Of a DNA stretch of 64,000 nucleotides, positions 60,416 through 64,000 are shown one piece after another. Source of the stretch: Dehalococcoidia bacterium. GTDB taxonomy: Bacteria > Chloroflexota > Dehalococcoidia > Lucifugimonadales > GCA-002694895. The stretch covers positions 4,256-68,255 of the forward strand of contig JAPYRX010000001.1 of the NCBI GenBank assembly GCA_029936815.1, read 5' to 3'. The position numbers were made by a program, and so were the translations under genes. How positions within the stretch are numbered: position 1 is the first letter of the stretch; the number at the start of each line of letters is the position of its first letter. The notes below the pieces were generated by a model that ran no database searches, was not told where the DNA came from, and worked only from the letters and a program-made list of their open reading frames with translations.

Positions 60416-61371
60416 GAATATCTAACCCTCGGATCTAGAAATGCGTATAAAATATCAACTGCTAAATTCAAAAACACATACGAAGTTGCAAATATCATCA
60501 TGAGCCCCTGAATGATTGGGAAATCTCTATCGCCAACTGCTTTAACAAACATTCTTCCCATTCCAGGAATTGCAAAGACAGTTTCGGTTATTACAGTTCC
60601 TGTAACTGCTGCTGCAAATACTAATCCTATAACAGTAACAATTGGCATAGATGCTGCTCTTAATGCATGCCTAGTAAGTATGATTCTTTCAGAAAGACCT
60701 TTCGATCTAGCTGTTCTTATATAATCTTCACTTAATACTTCAACCAAGCTTGATCTTGTCATTCTTGCAATTAATGCCATAAATGCTACTCCTAAAGTTA
60801 TAGCAGGCAATGCAATATACCTGAAAAATTCAACCGGGCCATCTGTAAAAAAACTTCTAAATCCAAAAACAGGAAACCATCCTAATTTCAATGAAAATAA
60901 AAATATCAAATTAAACGCTAACCAAAATCCGGGAATAGCAAATCCCAGTACAGCAAAAATCATAACAGCTCTGTCTACCCAGGTATTCATTTTCCATCCT
61001 GCTAAAACACCCATAGGTATTCCTAACACAAGTGCTATAAATATACCAGAAAATACAGTGGATACAGTTGCTTCAATTTTTTGACTTACAAGAAGCGATA
61101 CAGATTCAGTTGTAAAAAGAGATTCTCCTAGATTGCCTACAAAAAATCCTCCTAGCCAATTAAAGTACTGAACCACAGGAGGTTTATTAATTCCCATAGC
61201 CTCTCTTACATCCTCAATTTCTTCGGGAGTAGCGTACATAATATAATCGCCACCTAAGACTATAGCTGCTGGGTCACCAGGAGCTAATTGCATGATAGAA
61301 AAAGTAATTATAGATACAATCAATAAAACTGGTAGAGTTAAAAGAAATCTTCTTAAGATATATTTCGACAT
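60412..61371 (-). CDS. Peptide/nickel-type ABC transporter permease (OppB/DppB-like)
   Basis: The N-terminus YILRRFLLTLPVLL and the EAA-type loop DYIRTARSKGLSERIIL. Confidence 0.9.
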   Translation of the reverse strand: MSKYILRRFLLTLPVLLIVSIITFSIMQLAPGDPAAIVLGGDYIMYATPEEIEDVREAMGINKPPVVQYFNWLGGFFVGNLGESLFTTESVSLLVSQKIEATVSTVFSGIFIALVLGIPMGVLAGWKMNTWVDRAVMIFAVLGFAIPGFWLAFNLIFLFSLKLGWFPVFGFRSFFTDGPVEFFRYIALPAITLGVAFMALIARMTRSSLVEVLSEDYIRTARSKGLSERIILTRHALRAASMPIVTVIGLVFAAAVTGTVITETVFAIPGMGRMFVKAVGDRDFPIIQGLMMIFATSYVFLNLAVDILYAFLDPRVRYS

Positions 61372-61427
61372 ATTAGTCCCTCTATTTCTTCAGTGATTGT
61401 TTTTAGAATTTTTTAAATAATTACCCC

Positions 61428-61461
61428 CAAAGAAGAGCCAACAAATTTGTTGGCTCTTCTT
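61428..61461 (-). terminator. Perfect 14-bp intra-operon hairpin between the binding-protein and permease genes (attenuator or mRNA stabiliser)
   Basis: AAAGAAGAGCCAAC-aaattt-GTTGGCTCTTCTTT sits in the 119-nt gap between 61371 and 61491. There is no clear U-tract. Confidence 0.45.
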
Positions 61462-61490
61462 TGGTAAAACCTATTAAAAGGAATTATTTT

Positions 61491-63284
61491 TTAGTCCAAC
61501 CAAACATTGTGCAATATTGGGAATAAACAATCAAGACAGTAGCCTTTCACGTTATCTCTAATAGCTCTTGGAGGTTGGAATTGAAAGAAGTTCAGAGAAG
61601 GTGGATTTTCATAGAAAATCGCATTCATCTGATCGTACTGAGCTTGTTGTTTCTTAGGATCAGTTTCAACTAAGAAAGCAGCTCTAACTTCATCAATTTT
61701 TGGATTTACATAACCAAGGCTTGTATTTCCAGAGAACATATGAGGTGCTAACGGGTTAAGACCATTTGCGAAGTTTGACCATGATGTCGCAGCTTCCCAA
61801 GGACCTTCACCACCGGTAATAGCAACTCTGCTTCCCCAGTCTAAAGATACTAACTCAGTATTTTCAAATCCTAAATTTCTCATTGCTTCCCACATAACCA
61901 ATCCTGCCTCAGGCATAAATGGCATGTCATTAGCCGCAATAATTCGAACTTCTTTCTGGGAAATACCTGGGCTTAATGCCTCAGCTTTAGCTAAAATTTC
62001 TTTAGCTAGCTTCATATTTCCAGATTTTGTTTTCATTCCTTCAGCCTGAATAGCTGCAGTAACTGATGTTTTCCATGGTGTTCCACAGTGAATAGCCATG
62101 TAACATTGTGTCCATTTTTCTTCACCACCTACGGCTGCCATCATAACTTTACCATTAGGAGCAGCAGCAACAACAGATCTTCTTGCTAATCTGCCTGCTT
62201 CCGACATGTCGAATGGTGCATGGTGGAGGTTAAATGCAAATGTTCCCATGTTACCATCTCTAATAGAAGCCCACGTAACACCGTCAACTCCATTTAAGTT
62301 AGATGCTAAATCGATTGAGAAATCGTCAAGAACGTCTACTTCACCAGTTTGTAAAGCAGCAATTCTAGTGGAATGATCAGGAATATCAAGGGCAACAAAA
62401 CCATCTAAGTATTGTTTAATTTCTCCCTTTGTAAAATTCCATTCTTCTCCAGTATTTGGTACGTATCCATCAAATTTTGAAAATTCTAGCTTGTCACCTT
62501 GGATCCAGTTATCCATACTGTAAGCACCGGTTCCAATTGCTTCTTTAACTGGTTCACCTGGTTTCTTAGACCATTGATTTTTGTGCATAATAGATGGTTG
62601 TCTTGGATCTAGTTGAGCTAAAAATTCTAGTACCATACCAGTAGGTTTACTAAAATTCATAGTAATAGTATTTCCAGAAGCAGATTGATTGAACGAAGAA
62701 TCTTTTGAAGATTTTCCTTCATTACCTGGGGAAATTACTAACAATTGTCGACCTAAAGGATCAACTCTTGCAAATCTAGAATGTGATTCCATGACATCTT
62801 CCATAGTTAATGCGCTACCATCGTGGAATGTAATACCATCACGTACTGTGAAAGTATAAGTTAACCCGTTAGGACTCATATTCCAATCAGTCGCCATTTG
62901 AGGGAAGATATTGTAATCACTATCTCTCCAAAAAAGTTGATCGTAAGAATGTCGTCCGACAGTACCGGTAACAATAGCACCAGTAGCCATAGTATCAATA
63001 TACTTTATACTACCTTGTACTACATATCGTAATATACCTCCAGATTTAGGTTCATCGCTACCTCCCCCAGCAACAGTTTTGGAAGCATCTGCCGCTGGAG
63101 CAGAAGCTTGACCACTAGATGTTGCTTGAGCAGCCTTTGATGGCGCTGCTGCTGCTGGTGCTGCTGAAGCAGCAGGGGCAGGGGCAGGGGTTGCTGCGTC
63201 TTCATCTGAAGAACATGCAATAACCATCAAAAGTGCGAATATAGCTAAAACCGGTAACCATTTAAATAATTTCATATTGGGCAC
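61491..63284 (-). CDS. Family-5 (peptide/nickel type) ABC substrate-binding lipoprotein
   Basis: A signal peptide with lipobox VIAC, an Ala/Pro/Ser-rich tether, then an SBP_bac_5-like body (597 aa). Confidence 0.85.
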   Translation of the reverse strand: MPNMKLFKWLPVLAIFALLMVIACSSDEDAATPAPAPAASAAPAAAAPSKAAQATSSGQASAPAADASKTVAGGGSDEPKSGGILRYVVQGSIKYIDTMATGAIVTGTVGRHSYDQLFWRDSDYNIFPQMATDWNMSPNGLTYTFTVRDGITFHDGSALTMEDVMESHSRFARVDPLGRQLLVISPGNEGKSSKDSSFNQSASGNTITMNFSKPTGMVLEFLAQLDPRQPSIMHKNQWSKKPGEPVKEAIGTGAYSMDNWIQGDKLEFSKFDGYVPNTGEEWNFTKGEIKQYLDGFVALDIPDHSTRIAALQTGEVDVLDDFSIDLASNLNGVDGVTWASIRDGNMGTFAFNLHHAPFDMSEAGRLARRSVVAAAPNGKVMMAAVGGEEKWTQCYMAIHCGTPWKTSVTAAIQAEGMKTKSGNMKLAKEILAKAEALSPGISQKEVRIIAANDMPFMPEAGLVMWEAMRNLGFENTELVSLDWGSRVAITGGEGPWEAATSWSNFANGLNPLAPHMFSGNTSLGYVNPKIDEVRAAFLVETDPKKQQAQYDQMNAIFYENPPSLNFFQFQPPRAIRDNVKGYCLDCLFPILHNVWLD

Positions 63285-63478
63285 CTCCTATAAATAGGTT
63301 TTATAAATACTACATTATTTGTTTATAATCCCTTCTAATCAAAAAATTAAAAGGTTACTCATTTTCTCTCATATAACGTTATTGTGTCAATACACTATGT
63401 ACCTATTCACGGTTTTTATATTAATTTCAATTATAAAAAGATGCATTTTGTATATAAATATGTTTAAAATATCATTCT

Positions 63479-64000
63479 ATGTGGAAAAACAATCTAAAAA
63501 TCTCATTAAAATCAAATAAAATTGTAATTAATCTTTGGTCTGCAGAATTGATAAACAGATCATCTTATATGACGGGGAAATTTGCGTTACCATTCTTTGC
63601 TAAGAATTTAGGGGCAAGCACTACTCTTATAGGTACGATAAGTTCTATCTCTACTTTAACAGGAATATTTATTAAGCCAATTATAGGAGGAATAGGAGAT
63701 AAGATAAATAAAAAAAAATTATTACTTTTAGCTAATCTTATTTTTGTTTTTACTCCGATACTTTACCTTTATATTAACGAATCATACCAACTAGTAATTA
63801 TCAGGCTTTTTCATGGATTATCCACAGCAATTTATGGGCCAATTACACTTGCGATTATTGCTACTATTTATACTAATAATCGTGCTACATACTTGGGATG
63901 GTTCGGAACTGCTCGGACCATTGGTTATTTGTTAGGACCCATTATAGGAGGATTATTACTTTTATACTTTGAACCAAAAAATCTGTTTTTCATAACTGGG
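63479..64000 (+). CDS. MFS-type transporter, N-terminal part (runs off the window)
   Basis: Hand translation from the ATG at 63479: MWKNNLKISLKSNKIVINLWSAELINRSSYMTGKFALPFFAKNLGAS...GGIGDKINKKK..., an MFS loop 2-3 motif. The frame is open to 64000. Confidence 0.7.
   Translation, partial: MWKNNLKISLKSNKIVINLWSAELINRSSYMTGKFALPFFAKNLGASTTLIGTISSISTLTGIFIKPIIGGIGDKINKKKLLLLANLIFVFTPILYLYINESYQLVIIRLFHGLSTAIYGPITLAIIATIYTNNRATYLGWFGTARTIGYLLGPIIGGLLLLYFEPKNLFFITG

Noticed and set aside
63020-63220. Gln/Leu-rich 66-aa minus-strand ORF and apparent short DNA repeats, considered as a repeat array
   Set aside because: It is an alternative frame of the low-complexity Ala/Pro tether coding region of the binding-protein gene. 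It is not a CRISPR or satellite array: there are no regular spacers.
63319-63519. 66-aa ORF in the binding-protein/MFS divergent region
   Set aside because: It has an implausible composition and overlaps the better-supported MFS start at 63479. It is probably a chance AT-rich ORF.

Overview
This is a strongly AT-rich (about 30% G+C by eye, not computed), very tightly packed bacterial chromosome segment. I count about 70 protein genes and two tandem tRNA-Ser genes. I see no rRNA, CRISPR array, transposase or prophage signal. All family calls come from reading motifs in the translations; no searches were run.

Most of the window is core housekeeping: gatC-gatA, pth, moaA/moaC, class I fba plus fbp, tig-clpP-clpX, xseAB, efp, aroQ, xerC/D, topA, aspS, plsY, rny, rpsF-ssb-rpsR, hom, rsmD-coaD, fabI, folD, acpS, nnr, ubiE/menG, sppA, proBA, rpoD-dnaG and ligA. 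Many junctions overlap by 1-4 nt (ATGA type), which suggests a streamlined genome. RNase Y, a split transketolase, a DUF3090/SCO1664 pair and a lipoprotein binding protein with a long Ala/Pro tether suggest a monoderm lineage such as Chloroflexota or Actinomycetota. This placement is a guess.

The non-routine items are:
1. An operon at 29.6-33.2 kb couples a two-subunit ComDE-like TPP decarboxylase, a class IV aminotransferase, an unannotated 58-codon GatC/AtzG-like sORF and an amidase. It faces a ComC-like Ldh_2 dehydrogenase and a SelA-like PLP enzyme. This is a candidate C3-sulfonate (or phosphonate) module of undescribed composition.
2. An in-frame RNase HI-MoaC fusion.
3. The function-unknown DUF3090 + SCO1664 pair, next to an inositol-monophosphatase-family gene.
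4. Two disrupted genes: rdgB, frameshifted in an A10 run, and a NUDIX hydrolase.
5. A peptide-type ABC transporter split into two oppositely oriented halves around a more G+C-rich insert. Both of its ATPases have unusual CKCC tails.
6. An EF-P with Arg at the loop tip.
7. Several perfect hairpins and a shared 18-nt intergenic motif.
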